Of a DNA stretch of 64,000 nt, positions 37,748 through 50,549 are shown in pieces. The DNA comes from Felis catus (Eukaryota). Under the pieces are notes generated by a model. That model made no database searches. It worked only from the letters and a program-made list of their open reading frames with translations, and was not told the DNA's origin. The translations under genes and the position numbers were made by a program. Positions within the stretch are counted from its first letter, which is position 1. Each line of letters starts with the position of its first letter. The stretch spans positions 151,592,001-151,656,000 of the forward strand of contig NC_058368.1 in the NCBI RefSeq assembly GCF_018350175.1. The letters are read 5' to 3'.

Positions 37748-38685
37748 GTGGAAGAGAAGATGGCAGCATAGGAGGACGCTGGGCTCACTGCGTCCTGCTG
37801 ATCACTCAGATTCCACCCACATCTGCCTAAATTACCCAGAAAACCACCAGCAGACTAGTAGAATGGACTCTCCGGAGCCAAGCGTAGACAAGAGGCCCAC
37901 GGAAGAGGGTAGGAAGGGCAGAGAGGCAGTGCATGCTACACGGACTGGTGGGAGGGAGGCAGGGCGGTGGAGGGGCAGCCAGCCCACCTGGCAAGGCAGA
38001 GCCCCCGAGTCTGGCTTGCAAAAGCAGAGGGGCCGGATGAAGTGTGTTCTGACAGCCAGCGGGACTTAACATCTGGAGTGTTATAAGTCAACAGCTCTGC
38101 TCAGAGAGAGGGAGGGTGAGAGGACACCAGGAGGGAGAGGTGTTGAGCCCTGGAGGACAGAGCTCAGCTTGGCAGGGAACAAAGGCGCTCATCAGTGCCA
38201 TCTCCCTCTCCCATCTCCCAGCTGAAATCCCAAAGGGAACCAGTTCCCATCATGGGACTTGCTTGCACCACACAAACACCCAACGCTGTGCTTCTGTGGA
38301 TCCATCCCTCTGGTGGGTCTGCTTCCCTCCTGGTGCTGCAGGGCCCCTCCCAAAGTGGACCACCAAAAGCAAAGCAAGCTGAGTCTGCCCCTCCTGCCCC
38401 TGTGCACCTTCTGGATCCACCCCGGCTAATATGCCAGATCCTATCAAAGCAGCATCACAAGGCTGGCAGTGTGCAAGTAGCCTAGACAGGGGCCACACCA
38501 CTCCACAGTGAGTCCTGCCCCTGGGAGAGGGAAAGATAAGGTACACACCATTCTGACTGTGGCCCCAGTGGTGGGCTGGGGACAGACATCGGGTCTGACT
38601 GTGGCCCTGCCTACCAATACAAGTTACTCCAGACAGCACAGGGGAAGTGCCCTGCAGTTCCATGCCACTCCAGGGACTATCCAAA
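37748..38685 (+). promoter_or_regulatory. L1 5'UTR internal Pol II promoter
   Basis: GC-rich region upstream of ORF1; AAGATGGC YY1-type motif at ~37757, as at the 5' ends of mammalian L1s. Confidence 0.7.
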
Positions 38686-39572
38686 ATGAGGAAACGGAAG
38701 AATTCCCTCCAAAGAAACTCCAGGAAATAGCAACAGCTAACGAATTGATCAAAAACGATTTAAGCAATATAACGGAACAAGAATTTAGAATAATAGTCAT
38801 AAAATTAATTGCGGGGCTTGAAAAAAGTATACAGGATAGCAGAGAATCTACTGCTACAGAGATCAAGGGACTAAGAAACATGAGGAGCTAAAAAATGCTA
38901 TAAATGAGATACAAAATAAAATGGAGGTGACCACAGCTCGATTGAAGAGGCAGAGGAGAGAATAGGTGAAGTAGAAGATAAAATTATGGAAAAAGAGGAA
39001 GCTGAGGAAAAAAAAGAGATAAAAAAAATCCAGGAGTATGAGGGGAGAATTAGAGAAGTAAGTGATGCAATGAAACGGAACAATATCCGTATAATAGGAA
39101 TTCAAGAAGAGGAAGAGAGAGAGAAAGGGGCTGAAGGTGTACTTGAACAAATCATAGCTGATAACTTCCCTGATGTGGGGAAGGAAAAAGGCATTGAAAT
39201 CCAAGAGGCACAGAGAACTCCCTTCAGATGTAACTTGAATCGATCTTCTGCATGACATATCATAGTGAAACTGGCAAAATACAAGGATAAAGAGAAAATT
39301 CTGAAAGAAGCTAGGCATAAACATGCTGTAACATATAAAGGGAGACTGATAACACTAGTGGCAGATCAATCTACTGAAACTTGGCAGGCCAGAAGGAATG
39401 GCAGGAAATCTTCAATGTGATAAACAAAAAATATGCAGCCGAGAATCCTTTATCCAGCAAGTCTGTCATTCAGAATAGAAGGAGAGATAAAGGTCTTCCC
39501 AAACAAACAAAACTGAAGGAATTCATCACCACTAAACCAGCCCTACAAGAGATTCTAAGGGGGATTCTGTGA
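38686..39572 (+). pseudogene. L1 ORF1p (RNA-binding chaperone), frameshifted
   Basis: ATG at 38686; fragments KKLQEIATANELIKNDLSNITEQEFRIIVIKLIAGLEKS, KRNNIRIIGIQEEEE and LKEFITTKPALQEILRGIL* lie in different frames. Confidence 0.92.
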
Positions 39573-39640
39573 GTGAAATGTTGCAAGGACCACAAGGTAC
39601 CAGAGACATCACTACAAGCATGAAACCTACAGACATCACA

Positions 39641-42600
39641 ATGACTCTAAACCCATATCTTTCAATAATAACGCTGAATGTAAATGGACTTAATGCTCCA
39701 ACCAAAAGACACAGGGTATCAGAATGGATAAAAAACATGACCCATCTATTTGCTATCTACAATAGACTCATTTTAGACCTGAGGATACTTTCAGATTGAA
39801 AGCGAGGGGATGGAGAACTATCTTTCATGCTACTGGAAGTCAAAAGAAAGCTGGAGTAGCCATACTCATATCAGACAAACTAGACTTTAAATTAAAGGCT
39901 GTAACAAGAAATGAAGAAGGGTATCATATAATAATTACGGAGTCTATCCATCAGGAAGAGATAACAATTATAAATGTCTATGTGCCAAATACGGAAGCCC
40001 CTAAATATATAAAACAATCACAAACATAAGCAACCTTATTGATAAGAATGTGGTAATTGCAGGGGACTTTACTAATCCACTTACAACAATGGATAGATCA
40101 TCTAGACACAGGATCAATAAAGAAACAAGGGCCCTGAATGATACATTGGATCAGATGGACTTGACAGATATATTTAGAACTCTGCATCTCAAAGCAACAG
40201 AATATACTTTCTTCTCGAGTGCACATGGAACATTTTCCAAGACAGATCACACAGTGGGTCACATAACAGCTCTCCATAAGTATAAAAAATTGAGATCATA
40301 CCATGCATACTTTCAGACCACAATGCTATGAAGCTTGAAATCAACCACAGGAAAAAGTCTGGAAAACCTACAAAAGCATGGAGGTTAAAGAACACCCTAC
40401 TAAAGAGTGGGTCAACCAGGCAATTAGAGAAGAAATTAAAAAATATATGGGAACAAATGAAAATGAAAATACAACAACCAAATGCTTTGGGATGCAACAA
40501 AGGCAGTCCTGATAGGAAGATACATTGCAATCCAGGCCTGTCTCAAGAAACAGGAAAAATCCCAAATACAAAATCTAATAGCACACCTAAAGGAACCAGA
40601 AGCAGAACAGCAAAGACACCCCAAACCCAGCAGAAGAAGAGAAATAATAAAGATCAGAGCAGAAATAAACAATATAGAATCTAAAAAAACTGTAGAGCAG
40701 ATCAATGAAACCAAGAGATGGTTTTTTGAGAAAATAAACAAAATTGATAAACCTCTGGCCAGGCTTCTCAAAAAGAAAAGGGAGATGACCCAAATAGATA
40801 AAATCATGAATGAAAATGGAGTTATTACTTCCAATCTCTCAGAAATACAAATAATTATCAGGGAATACTATGAAAAATTATATGCCAACAAACTGGACAA
40901 CCTGGAAGAAATGGACAAATTCCTTAGCACTCACACCCTTCCAAAACTCAAACAGGAAGAAATAGAAAACTTGAACAGACCCATAACCAGTGAAGAAATT
41001 GAATCAGTTATCAAAAATCTCCCAACAAATAAGAGTCCAGGACCAGATGGCTTCCCAGGGGAATTCTACCAGACATTTAAAGCAGAGATAATACCTACCC
41101 TTTTCAAGCTGTTCCAAAAAATAGAAAGGGAAGGAAAACTCCCAGACTCATTCTCTGAAGCCAGCATTACTTTGATTCCTAAACCAGATAGAGACCCAGC
41201 AAAAAAAGAGAACTACAGGCCAATATCCCTGATGAATATAGATGCAAAAATTCTCAATAAGATACTAGCAAATCTAATTCAACAGCATATAAAAAGAATC
41301 ATACACCATGATCAAGTGGGATTCATTCCTGGGCTGCAGGGCTGGTTCAACATTTGCAAATCAATCAATGTGATACATCACATTAATAAAACAAAAGAAC
41401 CCTACGATCCTGTCAATCGATGCAGAAAAAGTATTTGACAAAATTCAGCATCCTTTCCTAATAAAAACCCTCAGGAAAGTCGGGATAGAAGGAACATACG
41501 TAAAGATGATAAAAGCCATTTATGAAAAGCCCACACCTAATATCATCCTCAATGGGGAAAAACTGAGAGCTTTCTCCCTGAGATCAGGAACACGACAGGG
41601 ATGTCCACTCTCACCACTGTTGTTTAACATAGTGTTGGAAGTGCTAGCATCAGCAATCAGACAACAAAAGGAAATCAAAGGCATCAAAATTGGCAATGAT
41701 GAAGTCAAGCTTTCACTTTTTGCAGATGACATGATATTATACGTGGAAAACCCGATAGACTCCACCAAAAGTCTGCTAGAACTGATACTTGAATTCAGCA
41801 AAATTGCAGGATACAAAATCAATGTACAGAAATCAGTTGCATTCTTATACACTAATAATGAAGCAACAGAAAGACAAATAAGGAAACTGATCCCATTCAC
41901 AATTGGACCAAGAAGCATAAACTACCTAGGAATAAATCTAACCAAAGATGTACAAGATCTGTATGCTGAAAACTATAGAAAACTTATGAAGGTAATTGAA
42001 GAAGATATAAAGAAATGGAAAAACATTCCATGCTCATGAATTGGAAGAATAAATATTGTTAAAATGTCAATACTATCCAAAGCTATCTACACATTCAATG
42101 CAATCCCAATCAAAATTGCACCAGCATTCTTCTCAAAGCTAGAACAAGCACTCCTAAAATTTGTATGGAACCACAAAAGGCCCTGAATAGCCAAAGTAAT
42201 TTTGAAGAAGACCAAAGCAGGAGGCATCACACTCCCAGACTTTAGCCTGTACTACAAAGCTGTAATCATTAAGACAGCATGGTATTGGCACAAAAACAGA
42301 CACATAGACCAACGGAATAGAGTAGAAACCCCAGAATTAGACCCACAAAAGTATGGCCAACTAATCTTTGACAAAGCAAGAAATAATATCCAGTGGAAAA
42401 AAGACAGTCTTTTTAATAAATGGTGCTGGGAGAACTGGACAACAACATGCAGAAGGATGAAACTAGACCACTTTCTTAAACCATTCACAAAAAGAAACTC
42501 AAAATGGGTAAAGGACCATCAAAACCCTAGAGGAGACAGCAGGAAAAAACCTCTCTGACCTCAGCCACAGCAATTTCTTACTTGACACATCTCCAAAGGC

Positions 42601-43426
42601 AAGGGAATTAAAAGCAAAAATGAACTATTGGGACCTCATCAAGATAAAAAGCTTCTGCAATGGAAAGGAAACAATCAACATAACTAAAAGGCAAGCAACA
42701 GAATGGGAAAAGATATTTGCAAATGACATATCGGACAAAGGGCTAGTATCCAAAATCTGTAAAGAGGTCACCAAAATCCACACCCGAAAAACAAATAATC
42801 CAGTGAAGAAATGGGCAGAAAACATGAATAGACACTTCTCTAAAGAAGACATCCAGATGGCCAACAGGCACATGAAAACATGGTCAACAGTGCTCCTCAT
42901 CAGGGAAATACAAATCAAAACCACACTCTGATATCACCTCATGTGAATCAGAGTGGCTAGAATGAACAAATCAGGAGACTATAGATGCTGGAGAGGATGT
43001 GGAGAAACGGGAACCCTCTTGCAGTGTTGGTGGGAATGCAAACTGATACAGCCACTCTGGAAAACAGTGTGGAGGTTCCTCAAAAAATTAAAAATAGGTC
43101 TACCCTACGACCCAGCAATAGCACTGCTAGGAATTTACCCAAGGGATATAGGAGTGCTGATGCATAGGGGCACTTGTATCCCAATGTTTATAGCAGCACT
43201 TTCAACAATAGTCAAATTATGGAAAGAGCCTAAATGTCCATCAACTGATGAATGGATAAAGAAATTGTGGTTTATATACACAATGGAATACTACATGGCA
43301 ATGAGAAAGAATGAAATCTGGCCTTTTGTAGCAACGTGGATGGAACTGGAGAGTGTGATGCTAAGTGAAATAAGTCATACAGAGAAAGACAGATACCATA
43401 TGTTTTCACTCTTATGTGGATCCTGA
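39641..43426 (+). pseudogene. L1 ORF2p (endonuclease/reverse transcriptase), disrupted
   Basis: MTLNPYLSIITLNVNGLN (EN), [32 protein letters not shown] (RT) and the C-terminal Cys region ending SLLCGS*; split by multiple frameshifts and stops. Confidence 0.95.
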
Positions 43427-43833
43427 GAAACTTAACAGAAGACCATGGGGGAGGGGAAGAAAAAAAGAGGTTAGCGAGGGAGGGAGCCAAAGCATAAGAG
43501 ACTCTTAAAAACTGAGAACTGAGGGTTGATGGGGGGGTGGGAGGGAGGGGAGGGTGGGTGATGGGTATTGAGGAGGGCACCTCTTGGGATGAGCACTGGG
43601 TGTTGTATGGAAACCAATTTGACAATAAATTTCATATTTAAAAAAATTAAAAAATCTTAAAAAATTAAAACTAAACATGCATTTGGAATGTTCATTTCAA
43701 TTATATTATTTTTTCAGATTTAAAATTTCCTTTTTTTCTTTTTGTTCATATTTCCCTGTTGAAAATATATTTCTATCTTTCCACATATTACCTTTTTATT
43801 AAACCCATCAGTATATTTATAATAATTATTTTA

Positions 43834-44068
43834 TTTTATTATTTTTTTTAAATTTTTTTTACATTGACTTATTTTTGAGAAACAGAGTGAGACAAAGCAT
43901 GAGCGGGGGAGGGGCAGAGAGAGAAGGAGACACAGAATCTGAAGCAGGCTCCAGGCTCTGAGCAAGCGGTCAACATAGAGCCTGATGCGGGTCTCGAACT
44001 CACAAACTGTGAGATCATGACCTGAGCTGAAGTCAGACGCTCAACCGACTGAACCACCCAGGCGCCCC
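43834..44068 (-). mobile_element. Can-SINE
   Basis: TSD TATAATAATTATTTTA at ~43818 and ~44069. Confidence 0.97.
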
Positions 44069-44960
44069 TATAATAATTATTTTAAAGTCACTGCATGCTA
44101 ATTCCAACATCTGTTTCACATGTGGGATTGTTTCTGTCCACTGTAATTCTCCTGGCTCTGTGTCGTATTTTGAAAGTTTTCCCTGTATATCCAGTAATTT
44201 TTTATTTTGTTTTGGGCATTATGAATAATATATTACTTAGTCTAAATTATGCTGCCTTTAAAAAATGTTGAGATTTTTTTTCTAGCAGTCAGTTAATTTG
44301 CTAATAGTGCAGTTTGATTTTGTTGAGGCTTAGTGTTATGCTTTGTTAAAATGACTCTGGAGTAACCCTTACTTTAGGGCTAGGTTTGTCATACTCTTAA
44401 GGTAGGGCCTTTCTACGGTTTCAACTGAATGAGTGGGTTTTTCCAAGATATACACCCACTTAGGCTGGTTGGAATTCCAAAGTGTTCCAGCACTGAGTCC
44501 ACTCTACGATCTCCATTCATTTCATAGCACCTGAGTAACTATGGTTTTCCAGGTCTCAAGGAGTGTTACCCTATATATGCCCAGCTTATCATTTGGCCAA
44601 AGATGGAAGGGTCCCTCTATGCAGATATCTGGGACTTCTTTATTTTGTTCCCTGTTTTCTAATATCCTTTTTTTTTTTCAAATTCTGGCCACCTCAGCAG
44701 CCATAAATATGGTTTGTCTTTCCTCTGCCTGGAGAGTCTAGTGTTCTCTGTTTGGACTCTAGTTCCCTATGCTGCAATTTGAGAAATGATCCCAGGCAGC
44801 ATGCTGGGGTGAATGCAAAACTAACTTGTATGTTTACCTTTTATCAAAGATCAAACTTGCTGTACTGTCTGTTGTACAACCTGCAATATCTCATTTTCAC
44901 TTTTTCCCTAGATTCACAATTGTTTATGGTCAGAGAATTATTCTAATATCCAATAACCTA
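44069..44960 (-). mobile_element. Probable ancient L1M 5'-region relic
   Basis: CTAATTCCAACATCTG..., GTAATTTTTTATTTTGTTTTGGGCATTATGAAT and CCCTCTATGCAGATATCTGGG resemble old L1M sequence. Confidence 0.4.
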
Positions 44961-46052
44961 CCATGGCCAGGATGAGAAGACCTTTGCATTAGATTTTGTA
45001 ACTAGAATGTTTTTGTACACCAGATTATTTTCAGGATCATAAGGTGGAAAATGCCAGTCATCCACTTTGTAACATAACAACATTATCCCCAACTCTACAT
45101 CTCTATAGTCTCTGAGGACCTTATGGAGATTTACTGCACTTAAACCTTATGAAACACTTATGAAGCACTGTTTTTACAAAGTTATATAGTTCTTTACCTT
45201 TACCTTTACCTGTATTACTTTGTCTTTCAGTAATTCATAAGCTTTGGTTTATCAGAGGGCATTTTTCGGATCATCTTGAGCAAAGGTGGAAAACAAGCAA
45301 ATAACCAAATATACTGATGAATGGATGCAGTCAATGCTAAAACTGAAATTTAGGTCATTTTCATGACCACAAACCCAATGAATCATTGTTTTTTATTTGT
45401 AATAAGTTAAGGGGTTTCCCTGTGGACAGTCTATATTCACCAGTTGTATTGGAGTCACACACACATAGCTTAAGTTATGCATAACAGTGCACTCTGCCAA
45501 ATGACTGCACAGCTGGAGAGTTCATTGGGGGTAGCAGCTGGGTGAGGATCCTCAAAAGATGGGTGGGTATTGAAGGAGTTCCGTCTTGCTTTTGTACCCA
45601 GAAGGCTCACTATTAGCATCTTGCAAACACAAAGAAGAGATTAGAGTTTATTGTTCATTTTCCCCTCATGGGGAAGCCATGTATGTTTATGCCCCAAAGA
45701 TTGCACATTTTAAAGAAAAAGCCACTTTCACTGTGGAATTAACCAAATTGACTATCTTCCCAGTTTGAATTCACTAGATAACTGCTAATCCCTACTTTAC
45801 ATTGTGCTCTAAAGGCAGCCAAAGGATTCTGAAGGCCTGAATTTCCAGGTTTTCTCATCTGTAATACAAATACCAGTTAAAGACATAATATCATTTTATG
45901 CTACTCTCAAAGGGCATCTAGGAAAGCTGGCTAGCATTACTGCAACATTTTAATTACTGGTGCTTACCACAATTTGCAATAATTACAGTTCATTTAGTGA
46001 GCTGGTTCTTAATTGCAGACACTGCTAAAGTAACAATTGAATAAAAAATAAA

Positions 46053-46091
<39 letters not shown>

Positions 46092-46140
46092 CACACACAC
46101 ACACATGCATGCACACACACACACACACACATACACACAT
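46053..46140. repeat. (TG)n-(CA)n compound microsatellite
   Basis: TG run directly followed by CA runs. Confidence 0.95.
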
Positions 46141-46466
46141 GATTGAGAAAGATGTAAGCTTATAAAGAAAAAAAACTAGCATATTCTACTAGGCTGATTT
46201 CTAAAGCAGAGATATTAAAAGCAGTTTTCTAAACCAAAGGCCTAGAATTAAATTTAATCATCAAAACAAGTTGCTCCACCATTTATGACATCCTCTTTCT
46301 TTAGTATAATTTGTAATTCTATGCTTTTTTTTGTATTAAAGAAAGCTCAATGTATTAATATAAGTAAACCCTTAACTAACTTCTATTCAATATCAGGTGC
46401 CAAATCTCAAAGATAGAGAGAATTTCTATATTAAAAGGATTTTGATGTCAAAGTAAAAGCAGTTTA

Positions 46467-46663
46467 GGGGCACCTGGCTCGCTCAGTTGGTTAAGCATCT
46501 GACTCTTGATTCAGGCTCAGGTCATGATCTCATGTTTCGTGAGATCAAGCCCTGCATCAGCTCTGCGCTAACAGTGCAGAGCCTGCTTGAGATTCTCTCT
46601 CTCCCTGCCCCTCCCCTGCTTTTGCTCTCTCTCTAAATAAACAAACATTAAAAAAGAAGAAAG
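46467..46663 (+). mobile_element. Can-SINE
   Basis: TSD AAAGTAAAAG(C/T)AGTT at ~46450 and ~46665. Confidence 0.96.
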
Positions 46664-46700
46664 AAAAGTAAAAGTAGTTCAGGAAGCCTCAGTGAAATTC

Positions 46701-46858
46701 TTTTCTTTTTAAAGCTTATTTGTATTTATTTTGACGGAGAGAGAGAATGTGAGCAGAGAAGGGCAGAGAGAGAGGAAGAGAGAGAACCCAAGCAGGCTCT
46801 GTGCTGTCAGCCCAACACAGGGCTCAATCTCATGAATCGTGATATCATGACCTGAGCT
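46701..46858 (-). mobile_element. Can-SINE 3' part (split by an L1)
   Basis: Tail and body up to CATGACCTGAGCT; the head resumes at ~48732. Confidence 0.93.
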
Positions 46859-48213
46859 AAAAAAAAAAAATAAGATACCTAGGAATAAACCTAACTAAAG
46901 AGGTAAAAGATCTATATTCTGAAAACCATAGAACACTTATAAAAGAAATTGAAGAGGACTCAAAGAAACGGAAAAGCATTTCATGTTCATGGATTGGAAG
47001 AACAGCCATTGTTAAAATGTCCATACTACCCAAAGCAATCAATCTACACATTTAATGTTATCCCTATCAAAATACCATCAGTATTTTTCACAGAGCTAGA
47101 ACAAACAATCCTAAAATTTTTATGGAACCACAAAAGGCCTCAAATAGCCAAAGCAATGCTGAAAAAGAAAAACAAAACTGGAAGCATCACTATTCTGGAT
47201 TTCAAGCAATACTACAAAGCTGTAGTCATCAAGACAGTATGGTACTGGCACAAAAGCTGACACACAGATCAATGGAACAGAATAGAAAACCCAGGTATGG
47301 GCCTCCAACAAATGGTCAACTAATGTTTGACAAAGCAGGAAAGAATATCCAAAGGAAAAAGAAAGATTCTTCAACAAATGGTGTTGGGAAAACTGGATGG
47401 TGACATGCAGAAGAATGAAACTGGACCATTTTTGTACACTATACACAAACATAAATTAAAAATGGATGAAAGACCTAAATATGATACAGGAAACTATAAA
47501 AATCCTAGAAGAGAACGTAGGCAGCAACCTCTTTGACCTCGCTGTCAATGAAAGCATGGGAAACTAAAGCAAACATGAGCTATTGCGACTTCATCAAGAT
47601 AAGAAACTTCTGCACAGTGAAGGAAACAACTAACAAAACTAAAAGCAGCCTACGGAATGGGAGAAGATATTTGCAAACAACGTATCTGATAAAAGGTTAG
47701 TATGCAAAATCTATAAAAAACATACCAAACTCGACACCCAAAAAACAAATAACCCAGTTAAGAAATGGGTTAAGATGACATGATTTTCCAAAGAAGACAT
47801 CCAAATGGCTAACAGACACAAGAAAAGATACTCATCTTTTCCGATCACGTTTTCCATGCATTGTCAGGGAAATACAAATCCAAACCATAATGAGATACTA
47901 CCCCATACATGTCAGAATGGCTAAAATTAACAAAACAGCAAACAGTAGGCATTGGTAAGGATACAGAGAAAGGGGACCCTTCTGTTGGTGGGAATGCAAA
48001 CTGGTACGGCCACTCTGGAGAACAGTAGTTTCCTGAAGAAACTAAAAATAGAACTACCCTACAATCTAGCAGTATTAGGCATTTACCAACAGGATACAAA
48101 AATACAAATTCAAAGGGGTACATGCACCCCAATGTTTATAGCAGCATTATCAACAATAGCCAATCTATGGAGAGAGCACAAATACCCATCAACTGATGAA
48201 TGGATAAAGAAGT

Positions 48214-48246
<33 letters not shown>

Positions 48247-48249
48247 ACA

Positions 48250-48295
<46 letters not shown>

Positions 48296-48731
48296 ATCAA
48301 AAACAATGAAATCTTGCCATTTGATATGATTGGATGGAACTAGAATGTATAATGCTAAGTGAAATAAGTCAATCAAAGAATGACAAATGCCATATGATTT
48401 CACTTATATGTGGAATTTAGAAAATAAAACAGGTGAACATATGGGAAGGGAGGGAAAAAATAAGAGAGGAAAACAAACCACAAAAGACTCTTAGTGATAG
48501 AGAACAAACTGAGGGTTGATGGAAGGAGCAGGGGTGGGAGATGGGGTAGATGGGTGATGGGTATTAAGAAGGGTAGTTGCTGTGATGACTACTAGGTATT
48601 GTATCTAAGTGATAAATCACTGAATTCTACTCCTGAAACCAATATTGCACTGTATGTTAACTAAAATTAAATTTAAAAAGTTAAAAAAGTTAAAGAAAAT
48701 AGAAAATAAAAAATGTATATCAAAAAAAAAA
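46859..48731 (+). mobile_element. 5'-truncated L1 (ORF2 3' part plus 3'UTR)
   Basis: ATACCTAGGAATAAACCTAAC (YLGINL), [24 protein letters not shown], 3'UTR and A-rich tail. Confidence 0.95.
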
Positions 48732-48763
48732 AGTTGGTTGCTTAATCGACTGAGCCACCAGGC
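48732..48763 (-). mobile_element. Can-SINE 5' head (continuation of 46701-46858)
   Basis: AGTTGGTTGCTTAATCGACTGAGCCACCAGGC. Confidence 0.88.
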
Positions 48764-50104
48764 AAAATTGTTCTTTTTCCTTCTTCACTTCATGGAACAC
48801 CAAATAATCAGATTTTACCCTACATAAATGTAGGTGATATGGGGGATTAGAATGTTTTCTGGGTGAGGCAGCAAAGGAAATGCTGAGAAAAGTAAACCAA
48901 AGTGAAAAGATTAGTTAATGACAGGATTTAGTCTCTTGATAAGAAATGTACATTAGGTTCTAATACTTCTGTCAGTCATATTTTTTGGATGTCTTGGAGC
49001 AATTTCCCTATATTCTCTGTGCTCCAGTGTTCCTGATGACTGATTAAAAACAATAGTGGGTTCAATATTTTCTTACAGAAATATCTGTATTTTGATGACA
49101 ATATGGTTTGATATACTTGAGAACACTTTGAAATAGATGGGATGTACCAGGACACCTTTTGGGCAAGTTCCTAGACTGCTGCTCAGTATGCCCAATGCCA
49201 TTGCACATCCTTGGCAGTTTTGTCCCAAAGGTGGGAAGCTTTAGGGAAGACTGGGGGAACGCAGGCAACATGGAGAATAATTCCATCAGATAATTCAGTA
49301 AACATACAGATTAGCTTCTCAATTCTTTCATAAAACCGTGTCTTCAAATGCAAAGTGAATTGGAAAAAGAAAGCAATCAAGAAACCAAAAGAACTAGAAG
49401 ACAATTTTCTCTCTGCTCTTAGGAAGCTTCTTCTGAAAGCAAAAGAAAAACATAAGCCCTGGGCTAATTTCATGCATGTTCTCCAATGTCAAAATATTCT
49501 CAGCTCATACCTAGTTAACGTCAAAAGTTATTATAAACTTATCCTGACATTTTTTTAAAATTCTGAATGATAAAGGAGATAAATTTTGTTGACTTAACAA
49601 ATAAAATGGGAAGATAAACATTTTTATCTGTTGGGCACATTTATGCATTTCTTTGCTGCCATGGGCTTGAAGGTGGTAACTCAAAAATGGATTCCTTCTC
49701 TAATACATAATATAATTATATAATGGACCTTTACCAAGTTAACAGTCATTACTTTCTAGTATTTTGGAAGAGAACATTTTAAGTCAAAGCCACAAAACAA
49801 AGAAAACACCCCTCCCTACAAAAGCAGCTGTCTTTTGAGTAGGTAGTTTTGATAGAGCAGGTAGTAATTTGAGAAATGATGCATCTCTCAAAATAAAATA
49901 CAACTTTATAAGGTTTTTGTTAGTTAAAATTAAATAATAATGCTTACCTCATAGTTGTTTTTTTCATTTTTATTAAACAAATGGGTTAAATGAATTTATA
50001 TGTATAAAGCAATTAAATCAGTGTTATTTATAGCAAATATGTAATAAGTGTTATTTGTTGTTATTATTATTATTATTGCTATTATTAAGTAGAAGACAGA
50101 AAAC

Positions 50105-50260
50105 TACACTGGAAATTAGGGAACCTGAGCTGTATCCCAGTCTGTTAACTCACTTCTTAAAAAAAAAATATTCAACTTCCTTGAGCCTTGGATTCACTGA
50201 TTGTGAAATGAAGGAGCTGCATGATGTGATTACAAAGGTTCCTTCTTGTTTTAACTCTGC
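50105..50260. mobile_element. MIR relic
   Basis: AACTTCCTTGAGCCTTGGATTCACTGATTGTGAAATGAAGGAG...AAGGTTCCTTC. Confidence 0.6.
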
Positions 50261-50549
50261 TGGTATTTGCACACTTGAGTTTTATGCAGTGTTGGCTTTG
50301 AGTAAAAACCGTTATATAGGTAGTGTGACTTTAGAATCCTTGCCATCTATTTTCTGTAGTTTCCTGCTTTCCAAGGTGACCAGACCAAAGTCTACCCGGT
50401 ACTTTGTGCCAGGAGGAGAGGTTTTGTGGAAGTGGTATGTAACCATGTTCTGAATGCATTGTGGGTATATCACAGATTCCTTTTGCTTACAAGAGAGATT
50501 CCCTGGCAGTGACAAGGAAGCATGAAGTTGCTAATGTTAAATTCCACCT

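Larger units (their letters stand above)
37748..43666 (+). mobile_element. Full-length (~5.9 kb) feliform LINE-1, inactive
   Basis: GC-rich 5'UTR starting GGAAGAGAAGATGGCAGCATAGGAGGACGCTGGG, then ORF1, ORF2, G-rich 3'UTR, AATAAA at 43624 and A tail; imperfect TSD TAAAC(TT)ATGCAT at ~37735-37747 and ~43672-43682. Confidence 0.97.

Noticed and set aside
40482..41438. 318-aa ORF as a functional protein or active L1
   Set aside because: It is only a fragment of ORF2; frameshifts and stops on both sides remove EN and the RT catalytic motif
50055..50453. 132-aa ORF with a poly-Leu signal-peptide-like start
   Set aside because: It starts at TTG inside a (TTA)n repeat and runs through a MIR relic
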